From Octopus vulgaris (taxonomy: Eukaryota): a stretch of DNA of 64,000 nucleotides. The notes under the pieces are model-generated. The model saw only the letters and a list, made by a program, of their open reading frames with translations, had not been told where the DNA came from and searched no databases. Position 1 is the stretch's first letter. Each line of letters starts with the position of its first letter. The DNA lies in the NCBI GenBank assembly GCA_951406725.2, contig OX597814.1:992001-1056000 (forward strand), in the 5' to 3' direction. The position numbers were made by a program, and so were the translations under genes. Of the stretch, positions 1 to 10,670 are shown piece after piece.

Positions 1-84
1 GCCAGCTCATCAGATCACTGGAATATCATGGTGACATCAACATGCACACAAAATTTACTCCTATATGTATATATATATATATCA

Positions 85-365
85 TTATCATCATCATCAT
101 CATCGTTTAACATCCGTTTTCCATGCTAGCACGGATTGGACAGTTCGACCAGGGTCTGGGAAGCCAGAAGGCAGCACCAGGCCCAGTCTGATCTGGCAGT
201 GTTTCTACAGCTGGAAGCCCTTCCTAATGCCACCCACTCCGTGAGTGTAGTGGGTGCTTTTTACGTGCCACCGGCACAGGTGCCAAGGGATGCTGGCATC
301 AGCCATGTTCGGGTGGTGCTTTTTACATGCCACCGGCACAGGTATCACAACTACAATTTCCATTT
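85..365 (-). mobile_element. 3' end (UTR plus (GAT)n tail) of the RTE LINE family seen at 32029-35244
   Basis: Matches 32030-32400 (TTTTCCATGC..GGATGCCCTTCCTAA..GTAGTGGGTGCTTTTTACGTGCCACC) and has a (CAT)n tail on the + strand. Confidence 0.8.
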
Positions 366-383
366 GATATATATATATATATA

Positions 384-616
384 TTCTTTTATTCTTTATT
401 CTTTTACTTGTTTCAGTCATTTGACTGTGGCCATGCTGGAGCACTGTCTTTAGTCAAACAAATTGACCCCAGGACTTATTCTTTGTAAGCATGGTACTTG
501 TTCTATCGGTCACTTTTGCCGAACCGCTAAGTTACAGGGATATAAACACCAACACCGGTTGTCAAGCGATGATGGGTGGGGGGGACAAACTCAAACACAC
601 AAACGTATACACATAT

Positions 617-655
<39 letters not shown>

Positions 656-818
656 TACGACTGGCTTCTTTCAGTTTCCATCTACCCAATCAATTCACAA
701 GGCTTTGGTAGGCCCAAGGCTATAGTAGAAGACACTTGCCCAAGGTGCCACACAGTGGAACTGAACCCGGAATCATGTGGTTAGGTAGCAAGCTACTTAC
801 CACACAGCCACTCCTGCA
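384..818 (-). mobile_element. tRNA-derived SINE, family A
   Basis: Reverse complement of 1194-1606, with A/B-box-like head, CCTTGGCAAGT core, internal (TA)n and AAAAGA tail. Confidence 0.85.
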
Positions 819-1193
819 ACTATATATATATATATATTACTATTTCACTTAGGCATATCGAGATTAATAATAACCTGGTGTCGAACTCAATATGTGTATG
901 GTCCAGAACATAATGTTAGAAAAGAGTTGTAATATGAAAAAAGAGATGACATCAGAAAAACCAGCCGTTTCTGCTATAAGATGCAGTGAGCTCTTAGTTG
1001 AGTACCCAGATAATGTCCTGTAACTTCATCAGAGCCTTGAATATGAAGTCTATTTGGGAAAATTACATTTTTGGAACATACAAGTGTTACGAGTAAGAAG
1101 GTTTATGCTGATGCCTATGGAAAATCCTGTCCAGAAGTCATAATGCATGTATGTTCTGAAAATGTAATTTTCTCAAATAAAGTGCACTTTATA

Positions 1194-1606
1194 GGCGTAG
1201 GAGTGGCTGTGTGGTAAGTAGCTTGTTTACCAACCACATGGTTCTGGGTTCAGTCCCACTGCGTGGCATCTTGGGCAAGTGCCTTTTACTATAGCCTCAG
1301 GCCGACCAATGCCTTGTGAGTGGATTTGGTAGACGGAAACTGAAAGAAGCCTGTCGTATATATGTGTATATATATATATATGTGTGTGTGTGTTTGTGTG
1401 TCTGTGTTTGTCCCCCTAGCTTCGCTTGACAACCGATGCTGGTGTGTTTATGTCCCCGGTCACTTAACGGTTTGGCAAAAGAGACCGATAGAATAAGTAC
1501 TGGGCTTACAAAAGAATAAGTCCCGGGGTCGAGTTGCTCGATTAAAGGCGGTGCTCCAGCATGGCCGCAGTCAAAATGACTGAAACAAGTAAAAGAGTAA
1601 AGAGAG
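1194..1606 (+). mobile_element. tRNA-derived SINE, family A, full length
   Basis: Head GTGGCTGTGTGGTAAG..GGTTCAGTCCC, CORE-like TTGGGCAAGT, AAAAGAGT tail and TTATAG target duplication (1189-1194 / 1607-1612); more than 10 copies or fragments in the window. Confidence 0.9.
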
Positions 1607-1615
1607 TTATAGTCA

Positions 1616-1687
1616 AGGCTCTGATGAAGCTACAAGACATTATCTGGTTGCACAACTAAGAGTCTAACACAGAAACAGCTGTAACCT
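1616..1687 (+). ncRNA. Degenerate type I hammerhead-like motif
   Basis: CTGATGA (1621-1627), GAAAC (1672-1676), palindromic helix III ACAGCTGT and GTA triplet; helices I and II are imperfect in this copy. Confidence 0.35.
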
Positions 1688-1748
1688 AATGAAGTTCATT
1701 GCATAACATTTGTTTGTTCTGGTGTCATCTCTTTGTTCTCATATATAT

Positions 1749-1802
<54 letters not shown>

Positions 1803-1924
1803 ATATATATATATATATATATTAGAAATATTTATGTATTTATATATATATATATATATACATACATAATTTACAAGATAAGGGCAGAAGAAAAATTCTA
1901 ATGCCAGATACGCTGAAACAAAAA

Positions 1925-1978
1925 AATTGTCGATAACCATTAAAATTATGCGCATAAATTTAATGGTTATCGACAATT
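1925..1978. repeat. 54 bp near-perfect palindrome
   Basis: AATTGTCGATAACCATTAAAATTATGC|GCATAAATTTAATGGTTATCGACAATT, with one mismatched pair. Confidence 0.9.
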
Positions 1979-2036
1979 CTTTTGATATGCTGGCCATTGA
2001 TAAAATTTTTTTCCCAAAAAAATTTTATCCTATATC

Positions 2037-2091
<55 letters not shown>

Positions 2092-2116
2092 CAAATATAT
2101 ATATTTGTAAATATAT

Positions 2117-2370
2117 ATATTTGTGAAGGCTAGACAAGCATCTCAGCTAGCAGGTCTCACTATCCTGGACTGATGAGGGGTAAAGACCCAGAAACATGCA
2201 TGTCTTCAGGTGTGAATCCTAGCTGGTGGGGGTGCTTACCTCCCCTTCGCAAATATAAGGACACAGGAAATGTGTCAAAGCCAACAGGAAGCATCGATGC
2301 TTCCTAGGGCTAAACAGCGGTGGTGTAATTCCCTTACGGGACTGTCACATTATGTTGACAGTATACAACC
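2117..2370 (+). mobile_element. Retrozyme-like structured unit containing a hammerhead ribozyme
   Basis: Long interrupted stem 2117-2256 encloses the HHR, followed by four small hairpins; bounded by microsatellites. Confidence 0.5.
2164..2210 (+). ncRNA. Type I hammerhead ribozyme motif
   Basis: Helix I CCTGGA/TTCAGG, CTGATGA, helix II GGGT-AAAG-ACCC, GAAA, palindromic helix III ACATGCATGT and GTC triplet (cut predicted after 2204); pair 10.1-11.1 is G.A rather than G-C. Confidence 0.75.
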
Positions 2371-2375
2371 ACACA

Positions 2376-2412
<37 letters not shown>

Positions 2413-2513
2413 GGTGCAGGCGTGGCTGTGTTGTAAGTAGCTTGCTTACCAACCACATGGTACTGGGTTCAGTCCTACTGTGTTACACCTTAGGCAAGTG
2501 TCTTCTTCTATAG

Positions 2514-2927
2514 CTGATGCCAGTGCCCCCTGACAAGCTCTCATGCTGGTGGCACATGAAAAGTACCATTTGTGTGCGGTCGATGCCAGTGCTGCTGGAT
2601 TGGCTCCCGTGCCAGTGGCATGTAAAAAAGCACCATTTGCGCATGGTCAATGCCAGTGCCGCCTGACTGACTCCTGTGCCAGTGGCATGTAAAAAGTACC
2701 ATTTGTGCGTGGTTGATGCCAGTTATGCCTGACTGGCCCCTGTGCAGGTAGCATGTGTAAAAAGCACCCACTACACTCTCAGAGTGGTTGGCGTTAGGAA
2801 GGGCATCCAGCTGTAGATACCTTTCCAGATCAGATTGGAGCCTGGTGCAGCCTCCTGGCTTCCCAGACCCCGGTTGAACCGTCCAACCCATGCCAGCATG
2901 GAAAGGGGACGTTAAACTTTGATGATG
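2514..2927 (+). mobile_element. RTE LINE 3' UTR copy with about four internal ~58 bp tandem repeats
   Basis: Repeats of GGTGGCATGTAAAAAGCACCATTTG..GCCAGT..ACTGGC followed by the common RTE 3' end and GAT tail. Confidence 0.8.
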
Positions 2928-3084
2928 CATGAATGATTTGGTCAAGGAAAAGATGAACATCATAGTAAAGATGTAATGTGTTGCTGTTAGTATAGAAAAA
3001 ATTTCCTCCCATATGAAAACCATTTCCCCACCACATATCAAGTTCAAGTGCTTGATGGAGATTTAGGAATTCACCAAACTTAAT

Positions 3085-3313
3085 TTAACCCTTTAGCATT
3101 TAAACCGGCCATATCCGGCCAAAAGTATTCTGCCTGTTTTATGTTCAAACTGGCCAGATCTGGTCTCTCACACCAACCCTACTATATCGTTTTAAAAATT
3201 AACAGCTACCTCATCAAAATCTCATGGCTACAAGATGATGCATGATTAGTTCAAAGCAATGTGGATGAAGAAGCACTAATTTTGTCAGAATAATGCGAAC
3301 ACTAAAGGGTTAA
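3085..3313. mobile_element. piggyBac-type MITE
   Basis: TTAA-CCCTTTAG ... CTAAAGGG-TTAA; related copies at 20007-20234, ~20368-20600, 28525-28754 and ~57496-57722. Confidence 0.8.
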
Positions 3314-3813
3314 GCAAAATAATGCGAAGAAATAATGAGCAGTAAAATTAAAATAACAAATAAAGTAGAAATAAAATAACACAGAAATTTATAAATATAT
3401 AAGCAAATGTGGAGATGGGTAAGGATGGGGGGGGGGTGCGGAGGCAAAACAACTGGTGATTGAAACCCCGACCATATTGGGCCCAAATGTTCTTACCTCT
3501 TTCATGGTCAAACCAGCCAGATCTGGCCTCTCACACCAACCAAACAATGTCATTCTAAAACAAGCAATCACAAGAAGAAGAGGAGGCGGAGGAGTAGGAA
3601 GAAGAAAAAGAAGAAGAAGAAGAAGAAGAAGAAATAATGACCAACACCTACAACAATTTATTCAGCAAAAGAGACTAAATAAAATAAAGTACTAAGGCTT
3701 ACAAAGAACAAGTCCTGGGGTCAATTTGTTTGACTGAAAGCGGTGCTCCAGCATGGCCACAGTCAAATGACTGAAACAAGTAAAAGAATAAAAGAAACAA
3801 AGAATATATATGC

Positions 3814-3857
<44 letters not shown>

Positions 3858-4411
3858 GTAGGATATAAGTTTGAGGTAATGTAACCTTCTAAGGGATAGA
3901 TGTATCCATAGGCACTTTGGTGGTGGTGGTGGTGGTGGTGCCATTCCATCCATGATCATCCCTTCTTATAGCTGCATATAGTTGCATCTAGGATTACTGT
4001 GCACGTGTCTCTCTTTTGCAACACGATTTCAACGATTTGACTGCTATTTCTAGCATGTTGAGTGGCCATGTAGTGGCCACCTCCTTGAATCGTCTGAGGG
4101 CTAAGTTAGTGTTCAGCTGATCCAGTGTGAGCCTAAGTTGAGTGTGCAGGTGTCTGTGGAGTACTCAACCGCTTACGCTCTCTAACAAATGAGTTACTCA
4201 CCAACGGAGTGGGGTGGGGTGGGGGTTAAAGAAGTGTTGACATTTATTCTGTATCTGTTACTTTGTTCCTGATAAGGACAGAAGGAGAGAGAGAGAAAGA
4301 TAGAGAAGAAGTGTGAGGGAGAGAAAGAGAAAGAGGAAAGGAGTTGAAAGGAACAAGGAAGAGAGGGTGAAAGAATTAGGGGAAGGGAAGAGTAAGAGGA
4401 AGTCATGTTAT

Positions 4412-4449
<38 letters not shown>

Positions 4450-4659
4450 GATGATAACATGAGAGATTATTGAGGTTGAACAGGTGGGTGGTGTGTTGCA
4501 TACCTTATCATTGTTCATGTGTGAATCCCTCTGCATGGCACCTTGGGCAAGTATCTTGCCCTGTAGAACCAAGCTAACCAAAGCTCCTGTGAGTGGGTTT
4601 GGTAAATGGAAACTGTGTGAAACCCGGTTGTATATGTGTGTGTGTGAGTGTGTATGTGT

Positions 4660-5740
4660 CGCTGTTTGTCCCCCAGTGCCTCTTTACAGCCTTTGTTGGT
4701 GTGTTTATAGCCTTATAACTTAGCTGACCATCAAAAGAAACCGTGTGTGTATGTGTGTGTGTAGTACCTATTCAGAGCCTTTGTTGGTGTGTTTATGGCC
4801 CTAAAATTTCATTGATCAGCAAAAGAAACCGTGTGTGTGTCTGTTTGTCCCCAGTGCCCCTTCACAACCTTTGTTGGTGTGTTTATAGCCCTATGACTTA
4901 GCTGATCAGCAAAGGAAACCGTGTGTGTGTGTGTGTGTGTGTGCAGTACCTCTTCAGAGCCTTTGTTGGTGTGTTTATAGCCTTATAACTTAGCTGACCA
5001 TCAAATGAAATCGGGATCAATTTATTCAAGTAAACCATTCAAGGCATTGCTCTAGCATGGCCATAGCCTTATAACTTAGCTGACCATCAAATGAAACCGT
5101 GTGTGTGTGTGTGTGTGCAGTACCTCTTCAGAGCCTTTGTTGGTGTGTTTATAGCCTTATAACTTAGCTGACCATCAAATGAAACCGTGTGTGTGTGTGT
5201 GTGTGCAGTACCTCTTCAGAGCCTTTGTTGGTGTGTTTATAGCCTTATAACTTAGCTGACCATCAAATGAAACCATGTGTGTGTGTGTGTGTGCAGTACC
5301 TCTTCAGAGCCTTTGTTGGTGTGTTTATAGCCTTATAACTTAGCTGACCATCAAATGAAACCGTGTGTGTGTGTGTGTGTGCAGTACCTCTTCAGAGCCT
5401 TTGTTGGTGTGTTTATAGCCTTATAACTTAGCTGACCATCAAATGAAACCGTGTGTGTGTGTGTGTGTGTGCAGTACCTCTTCAGAGCCTTTGTTGGTGT
5501 GTTTATAGCCTTATAACTTAGCTGACCATCAAATGAAACCGTGTGTGTGTGTGTGTGTGTGCAGTACCTCTTCAGAGCCTTTGTTGGTGTGTTTATGGCC
5601 CTATAATTTCATTGATTAGCAAAAGACACTCTGTGTATGTGTGTGTGTGTGTGTATGTGTGTGTGTGTGTGTGTCTGTCTGTTTGTCCCCAGTACCTCTT
5701 CACAACCTTTGTTGGTGTGTTTATAGCCCTATGACTTAGC
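4660..5740 (+). repeat. ~70 bp tandem satellite derived from the SINE family A body
   Basis: Unit (GT)n-GCAGTACCTCTTCAGAGCCTTTGTTGGTGTGTTTATAGCCTTATAACTTAGCTGACCATCAAATGAAACC repeated more than 10 times. Confidence 0.9.
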
Positions 5741-5879
5741 TGTGGCCACAGTCCAACGACCGAAAAAAATAAAGGATACCTCAAGATCGTTTATCGCCTC
5801 ATCATCGTTGATTGACATATTACAAAAATTGTCTCTGTTTAGATCAGGTAACAAACATCCGTCTTTATTGTTTAATTAA

Positions 5880-6120
5880 GAATCTATTAATCACCAATCT
5901 TCTTGTTCAAGTGATTCATTAATCACCAATCTTCTTGTTCAAGTGATTCATTAATCACCAGTCTTTAGTGTTTAGCTCAGGTGTCAATCACCAATCCTTA
6001 TTGTTCAGGTGATTCATTAACCACCCGGCTTTATTGTTCAAGTGAGACTTTAATCACCAATCTTTACTGCTCAGGTGAGATTGTAATCGGCGACCTTAAT
6101 TGGCCAGGTGAGGTGTAATC
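5880..6120 (+). repeat. Degenerating ~32 bp tandem repeat
   Basis: ATTAATCACCAATCTTCTTGTTCAAGTGATTC units that diverge rightwards. Confidence 0.8.
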
Positions 6121-6300
6121 CTTGTGTTTCTTCTCTCATTGGATCTTGAAGAATTCCTGTTTCTGTCTGCACGTTCACCCTCTCCTGACCACCACCTCCC
6201 CTGCCAACTGCGAACCTTTCATAGCATTCAGGTGCTATGAAATACCAACCCTGAAAAAGTCTCAGCCAACTAATGCCATCTTGGAAAAGTGGGGACACAC
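6071..6300 (-). CDS. Possible terminal coding exon of an unknown protein (VSPLFQDGISWLRLFQGWYFIAPECYERF...)
   Basis: AG acceptor after (TG)n at 6302-6301 and ~76 open codons in non-repetitive sequence; no family recognised. Confidence 0.15.
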
Positions 6301-6663
6301 CTACACACACACACATGCACAGATATACTTACACACACATGCACACACACATGCACACAAACACATACATGCACACACTTATACACACATGCACACACAT
6401 ATGCATGCATGTGCACACATGCACACACATACACATGAACACACAAACACATGCACATACGTGCATACATACACATATGCACATGTGCACACGTGCACAT
6501 ATATCCACACACTTGCACACACATATGCACACACATGCACATATACACACACACACACACACACATTACAGTTGTTCATCCTTTATCTTTCAACTTATGG
6601 ACAAGCACCTAAACCACCCCCGTTTATAAAGGTACCCTATAGGTTACATACATCATACCATGA

Positions 6664-6908
6664 AGGTGTGTGACCTAGGAGTTAGGCTGTCGCACTCACG
6701 GCCCCTAGATTGTAGGTTTGATTCCCAGACCAGGTGGCACATTGTCTTCTTAAGCAAAACACTTCATTTCACTTGCTCAGGTGAGGGAATGTTGGCCTGC
6801 GCAACTAGCCAGTGAGGGTGGCATCATTTGAAGGCTAAGCCAATGCAAAAGTGCATTGTGACCAGCGATGTGTAACAGCATCTGATAGTCTGGTCGGCCA
6901 CATGATCA
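6664..6908 (+). mobile_element. Degraded tRNA-derived SINE
   Basis: B-box-like GGTTTGATTCCC, CTTAAGCAAAACACTT core, CACATGATCATG tail and apparent CATGA duplication. Confidence 0.6.
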
Positions 6909-7015
6909 TGACCACCACCATTGAAACGGTGGTCGCCAATGGGTCCACCCTGTCCCCCTCATGTTGTATTGTGCTCAAGTAGAACCCGAACACCCTGTCC
7001 GTCCTCTCTGACTTC
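6909..7015 (-). other. Duplicated 107 bp structured element, copy 1
   Basis: 9 mismatches and no indels versus 11527-11633; two hairpins pair best on the - strand. Confidence 0.7.
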
Positions 7016-7102
7016 CGTGGTACCGTGGTACTGTGTGGTACCGTGGTACTGTGTGGTACTGTGTGGTACCGTGGTACTGTGTGGACCGTGGTACCGTGTG
7101 GA
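7016..7102 (+). repeat. Short tandem repeat of (C)GTGGTAC / TGTGTGGTAC
   Basis: About 10 units of 7-9 bp directly abutting the duplicated element. Confidence 0.85.
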
Positions 7103-8036
7103 CTCAGATCCCTGTTGACAGGCCCCTGATAATTAAAAACAAAGTTATAATACTTGTGATATGCAAATTAGTACCCCCAGTATTCTGTAGGTACTGTAGT
7201 TGTTGAGTATATAAACAGATTGGCTGCTTGCTTTTTTTTCTGGGGTCAGTGAAATTGATGAGAAGCCAATAAGATTCAAAAATTGATTAAAGTTGTTCAT
7301 TTTTTTTTTCAATCGATGGAGAATTGACTAAGTTAGCCCTGTTTAATGCGAATGTTAGTGTGTCAGTGTGTCACACTTTTTCAACTTTACTCCTAGAGGT
7401 CGTAGCCCAACATATCATACCATTTTGGAATCAGGCTGACTCTGTGAGTAAATTTAAAAACATTCCAGGCTGAATCCAGACCCGCAATCCTTAAATTTTG
7501 GATTCCCAAGTATTCCTTACTGTGATTATTTTCGGCGATTTTTTTTTACGTGACTTTTTGTGAGGAACTTTTTTGTACGATAACAACTTTTTTATAATTT
7601 GGAAATAAATTTTGGGAATAATCGGAATTTTTTGCGAAATCCAGCAATTATTTTCAGCAATTTTTTTACATGATTTTTTTGCAATGAATTTGATCATCAT
7701 TGAGATATGACTCTGGAGGAAGCACTTGCAACAAATTCTCCAAGACAAGTCAGGGGTCTGTTTGCAGATCTTCCTATTTGGGGGTCAAACTACTCAAAAG
7801 GGAAGCTTTTAAGCTAGCTAATATATATGTGGGTGTGTGTGTGTGTATAAATATGGGTTTGTATACATACAACAGGCTTTTTTCAGTTTCCGTCTACCAA
7901 ATCCTTGTGAAGTAAGCTTGCCAACCAATACACCGAGCAGAGCAGGAAGATCTAATGTTAAAGCTAACTGTCCTAAATAAAAAAGAACGGGCTTATTGGT
8001 TCATGTAGGGCCTTGAAGGGCAAGGGTACAGACATT

Positions 8037-8436
8037 ATATGGCTCAGATACTTGGACGTTATCAAAGAAGCTTGAGAGGCGGTTGGATGGAACCTACACT
8101 CGCCTCCTTATGAGAAATCAAAATCTCTCGTGGAAGCGCCATCCAACCAAAATGCAAATATATGGGAAACTACCACCTGTGTCATCTCTTGTGAAAGGTA
8201 GAAGAGTCCAGTTTGCTGGACATTGTTGTAGAGCTCAAAAAAGGAGGCAATTTCTACTCTTCTCCTCTGGAAGCCATCTGCTCGCGATACCAGAGGGCGC
8301 ACACTCTCTTACCCTGATGTAATCTCCAGGGATACAGGCACCCAGCAACAGGATCTCCGTAGTGCTATGATGGACCGTGAAGTCTGACATAACATAGTAA
8401 ATTCCATTGTCTCGACCATGGTCGAACAATGATGAT
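8037..8436 (+). mobile_element. 3' fragment of an RTE/RTEX-like LINE ORF, frameshifted
   Basis: YGSDTWTLSKKLERRLDGTYTRLL..RRVQFAGHC..LLLWKP..RGRTLSYPDVI..AMMDREV followed by a TGA-repeat tail. Confidence 0.8.
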
Positions 8437-8785
8437 AGGGCGGATGAAAGGGGGAGAGAAGAGTGAGTTGAGAGGATCAGAAGAGAGTCGGCCTGAAATC
8501 AACGGATTCCAAAGAGCAGAGGCCATTGTGGTAGTGGTAAAACAGAGAGAAAGAGGAGACACAGTAGACCTGGGAAACAAAGGTTGGAGTGTGTTGGGGA
8601 GTGACTTCATACTTGATTGTCGTGGGGGTCGGAGGGTGGGGTGTTGTCATGCCAATCGGTTAGGTGGATGTGGTCTAGGATGTCTAGTTGTAGTTATGGC
8701 TTACCTAGGGCCAAAAATCTCCATATAATGCTGTGCTACTACATCACTGCTGCAGTGTTACAGTAACTATCACGGATTATATACC

Positions 8786-9197
8786 TATTTCTTTACAACC
8801 CACAAGGGGCTAAACACAGAGGAGACAAACAAGGACAGACAAACGGATTATTAAGTCGATTATATCGACCCCAGTACGTAACTGGTACTTATTCAATTGA
8901 CCCCGAAAGGCAAAGTCGACCTCGGCGGAATTTGAACTCAGAACGTAACGGCAGACGAAATACCTATTTCTATATTACCCACAAGGGGCTAAACATAGAG
9001 GGGACAAACAAGGACAGACAAAGGTATTAAGTCGATTACATCGACCCCAGTGCGTAACTGGTACTTAATTTATCGACCCCGAAAGGATGAAAGGCAAAGT
9101 CGACCTCGGCGGAATTTGAACTCAGAACGTACCGGCAGACGAAATACCGCAAAGCATTTCCACCTGGCGTGCTAACGATTCTGCCAGCTCGCCGCCT
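8786..9197 (-). mobile_element. tRNA-derived SINE family B (Nin/Deu-domain-like core), tandem or nested dimer
   Basis: Core GCCTTTCATCCTTTCGGGGTCGATAAATTAAGTACCAG and 18 bp TSD TATCACGGATTATATACC at 8768-8785 and 9198-9215. Confidence 0.9.
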
Positions 9198-9774
9198 TAT
9201 CACGGATTATATACCACCACCTCTACTACCTGTAGGTAAAGTACCATATGATGGTTTCACTGAATGCTGCAAGCAGTGGTAGCACTGTAGAAATGATGAG
9301 TGTTTCATTGTGGTGCAGTGCTGAGTTCAATTCCACCCCATTATGTTAGGATCTCCTTTTCAGGGAGAGATGTATCTCACAGCTAACCTCACACTGCAGT
9401 CACCTGTCTTGGCTCTCTATGGATAGCAATGTGATCCAGTTATTGTTGTTGTTGCTGCTGCTATCAACATACCGTCACGCTTGTGAGAACCACTACATGG
9501 TCGATCGACCGACAGACCGTGTCAAGTCACACGCACGTACGCACATCTATTGTGTTTGTCACTTGCTCACCCACGTTCGTATTTATACCTGTGATTACAG
9601 AGTGGCCAGCTGGTCGCTCGTTCTCTTTACAACCAGTTCTACTTGTATCCCTAGCAACAAGGATAACACCCCTATGGTACCCCTAGCAACATGGGTAGTA
9701 CCCCTACAGTACACTTAGTAATACGGGTAGATATCATACGTATATACAATGTACTGTATGGAATTTCATAGATT

Positions 9775-9795
9775 GTATCTATATATGTGTGTATA

Positions 9796-9884
<89 letters not shown>

Positions 9885-9907
9885 CTGTCTCTCTCTCTCT
9901 ATTTATC

Positions 9908-9989
<82 letters not shown>

Positions 9990-10090
9990 TATCACATATC
10001 TATCTATGTATATATATATATATATATATACATATACATATGTATATATATATACATATCTATCTATGTGTATATATACACATATCTATC

Positions 10091-10131
<41 letters not shown>

Positions 10132-10162
10132 GTATATATATATACACATATCTATCTATGTG

Positions 10163-10193
<31 letters not shown>

Positions 10194-10437
10194 CTATCTA
10201 TGTGTATACATATATATATATATATATATACACATATCTATCTATGTGTATACATATATATATATATATATACATATCTATCTATATGTATATATATATA
10301 TATATATACACATCTATCTATATGTATATATATATATATATATGTATACATACACATATCTATCTATATATATATATATACATACACATATCTATCTATA
10401 TGTATACATACATATATATCTATATGTACATACACTA

Positions 10438-10475
<38 letters not shown>

Positions 10476-10670
10476 CTATCTATGTGTATACATATGTATA
10501 TATATATATGTATACATATGAGTATATAAATATATACATAATGCATATATTCATATAAGTAGATACATATGCACATATATATATATATATGTTTACATAT
10601 GTATGTATTTAAGTATGTGTGTACGAATGGACATACTCCACATATACACACACACACACACACATATATA
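9775..10670. repeat. Compound (TATC)n/(TA)n/(CA)n microsatellite
   Basis: Direct inspection. Confidence 0.95.

Larger units (their letters stand above)
935..1745. mobile_element. Fold-back (inverted-repeat) element with hammerhead-like motifs, interrupted by a SINE
   Basis: 935-1082 is the inverted copy of 1148-1192 plus 1607-1745; (TA)n lies nearby on both sides. Confidence 0.6.

Noticed and set aside
1-20. CTGATGA on the - strand at the window edge
   Set aside because: The rest of any hammerhead would lie outside the window and cannot be assessed
4660-5740. CRISPR-like repeat-spacer appearance
   Set aside because: Spacers are only (GT)n, the unit derives from a SINE, there are no cas genes and the DNA is eukaryotic
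9749-10558. Long ORFs of 244-269 aa (also at 22.8-23.2, 42.0-42.8 and 59.5-61.0 kb)
   Set aside because: Translations of (TA)n, (TATC)n and (TG)n repeats that lack stop codons by composition
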